Positions 62,432 to 64,000 of a stretch of DNA of 64,000 bases are shown here, piece by piece. The first letter of the stretch is position 1. Each line of letters starts with the position of its first letter. Origin of the DNA: Amoebidium appalachense (lineage: Eukaryota > Protista > Ichthyosporea); assembly GCA_963693365.1 (NCBI GenBank), contig CAVNZM010000008.1, positions 1,364,001 through 1,428,000 on the forward strand, in the 5' to 3' direction. Under the pieces are notes generated by a model. The model did not search any database. It saw only the letters and a program-made list of their open reading frames with translations, and was not told the origin of the DNA. Both the position numbers and the translations under genes were made by a program.

Positions 62432-63057
62432 CGGATGGCGTTTTCTTTTATTTTTTGGTGGTGGTGGTGGTGGGGGGGGGGGGGGGGGGGAGGGGCGGGG
62501 ACTTAGATATGTGCAGTAGAAGGTATAAGACTAGGAAGCATATAGAAGAAAAGGACCGGAAAAACCACAAAACAGAAAACAAAACAAATGTGCAGGCATA
62601 GGAAACCTGAACAGTGCCCACCATGTTTTCAAGATATGTCAAATCCTACACGGGGCAGGGTTGGTGGGGCTACGAATGTCGGTGGTGGTGGTGGTGGTTG
62701 TGGTTGTGTGTGTGTGAGGAGAGGGCGGGCCGGGGGGTGTGTGTGTGTGAGGGGGGGGGGGGGGGGAAGGACACGTACGCATAGCCGTTGTCGATGATCT
62801 TCTGCACGTATGCCACAATCTCAGGCACATACTCACTCACCCTGGTCAGGGCATCAGGCGGCAGCACCCCCAGTGCCTCCATATCCACAAAGTACTTGTG
62901 CTCCCAGTGCTTGTACAGGCGGGAAAAGATGCTGAGGTCCGTAACCTCTGCACCGTGCTGTGTAAAATGCATGTGTTGTCAGTGATTTGTAAATTTGGGT
63001 GCATGGATATAGAAACCCCCCCTTCCCCGTTCCCTCTTCCTCCTCCCCTCCTCCCCG

Positions 63058-63091
<34 letters not shown>

Positions 63092-63501
63092 CTTTTCCTC
63101 ACATTAATCGGGTTGCAAGACAAGAATTCAATGTGCAAAGAGCCCAGGAGGGCAAGTCAAAGAGTGCTATATTGCCGGTATGAACAAAGAAAGAAACCAC
63201 ATGCATGCCATAATCCAAACACAGATTTCCATTCCTTGTAATCTCTCCCACTCCCCCCCCCCGGCCCCAAAACACACACACACACACACACACAGACCAC
63301 CACCACCCGGACCCACGAGGCCTAACCGTGCCACCATCTCTTTTTACCTCTCTCTTATTCCCATTCCCCTACCCGTCCCAACCCTCCCCTCCCCCTCTCT
63401 TTCTCCCCCCCCCCCCCCCCTTCTACTCCCCCCCTCCAGCGCTCTCAGCGCCCCCCCCCCCCCCCCCCCCCCCGCCCGGCCTCAGCGCCCCACCCCCCCC
63501 T

Positions 63502-63552
<51 letters not shown>

Positions 63553-63703
63553 ATACACAAGCTGCCGACATCACCCGGACAAGTGCGCATGACAACTTTG
63601 CATACGTCAAACCCGTCAAGCCGAGTCTGCAGCCCCCCACATCCACGCAACCACCCACACGCCCACCCACCCACCCACCCACACCCATATCTCCACTCCC
63701 CTC

Positions 63704-63749
<46 letters not shown>

Positions 63750-64000
63750 CCATACCCACAAACACATACACCAGCTTACACCCCCACAAACCCGCCCACA
63801 CCGACCCACACCCACATCCACCCACTCACACACTCACCCCCCCTCCCCCCCCCCCCCCCCCCCCCTCTCCACTTTACACACACACCCACCCACCCACCCC
63901 CTCCCCGCCCCCCACCCCCCCACCTGCTTGTCCAGCATCTGGGCTATGGGGTCCTGTGCCGCCACCAGCAGCCTCTCCTTCTTCTCCCCCTCATCCTCCT
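52518..64000 (-). CDS. CARS1: Cytosolic cysteinyl-tRNA synthetase, 3' part (5' end beyond window). Exons 64000-63924, 62957-62779, 61726-61605, 61064-60964, 60437-60397, 59942-59855, 59294-59187, 58361-58236, 57660-57575, 56733-56553, 56100-56035, 55516-55429, 54608-54457, 53494-53447, 53010-52900, 52640-52518
   Basis: [97 protein letters not shown] (class I KMSKS), [24 protein letters not shown]. Confidence 0.97.
53279..53446 (-). repeat. 42-bp minisatellite x4 starting exactly at a CARS1 splice donor
   Basis: Unit GTTGGTGCACATGCATGTGTATATTTAGCAGCCCAGTGCATT (minus strand). Confidence 0.92.
55265..55404 (-). repeat. Dispersed intronic repeat family, copy in a CARS1 intron
   Basis: Minus strand reads CCCCGAGGATGGGCTCTGCTTATGACGCATAC...CGTGTATGCGTACTTCGTACTGTGTTCCGCATTCAAACCCCC. 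Confidence 0.7.
58645..58752 (-). repeat. Dispersed intronic repeat family, diverged copy in a CARS1 intron
   Basis: Minus strand reads GAATGGGCCTTGCTTGTG...GCATTCTTAACCCC. Confidence 0.45.
61079..61205. repeat. ~41-bp minisatellite x3 next to a CARS1 acceptor
   Basis: GGTCAGAGGTGTATGGATGTATAGGAGCATGTGGGTGGGTG repeated. Confidence 0.9.

Overview
Eukaryotic nuclear DNA from an intron-rich genome packed with poly-G/poly-C runs and (CA)/(TG)/(GA) microsatellites. An intronic 18S fragment and the gene content point to a unicellular opisthokont, possibly an ichthyosporean (inference). Most ORFs in the supplied track are low-complexity noise. Manual splicing recovers six genes: CstF-50/CSTF1 (+), an atypical P5-type ATPase with a signal peptide and Cys-rich ectodomain (+), a 2-exon 140-aa secreted prepropeptide (+), a 14-exon membrane-anchored Agd3/CE18-like polysaccharide deacetylase (-), an orphan gene (-), and the 3' part of cytosolic cysteinyl-tRNA synthetase (-). 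Mobile DNA comprises a piggyBac-like remnant, a PIF/Harbinger non-autonomous element, a MITE with a 6-bp TSD and a 5'-truncated LINE with a (CA)n tail. The best novelty candidates are (1) the prepropeptide (signal, acidic propiece, RERR, then an 8-Cys cationic peptide with N-terminal Gln and C-terminal Gly), which looks like a toxin, antimicrobial or neuropeptide-type precursor, and (2) a ~100-150 bp poly-C-tailed intronic repeat family whose recognised copies all lie sense to their host genes. Exon boundaries were read by eye and no database searches were run.
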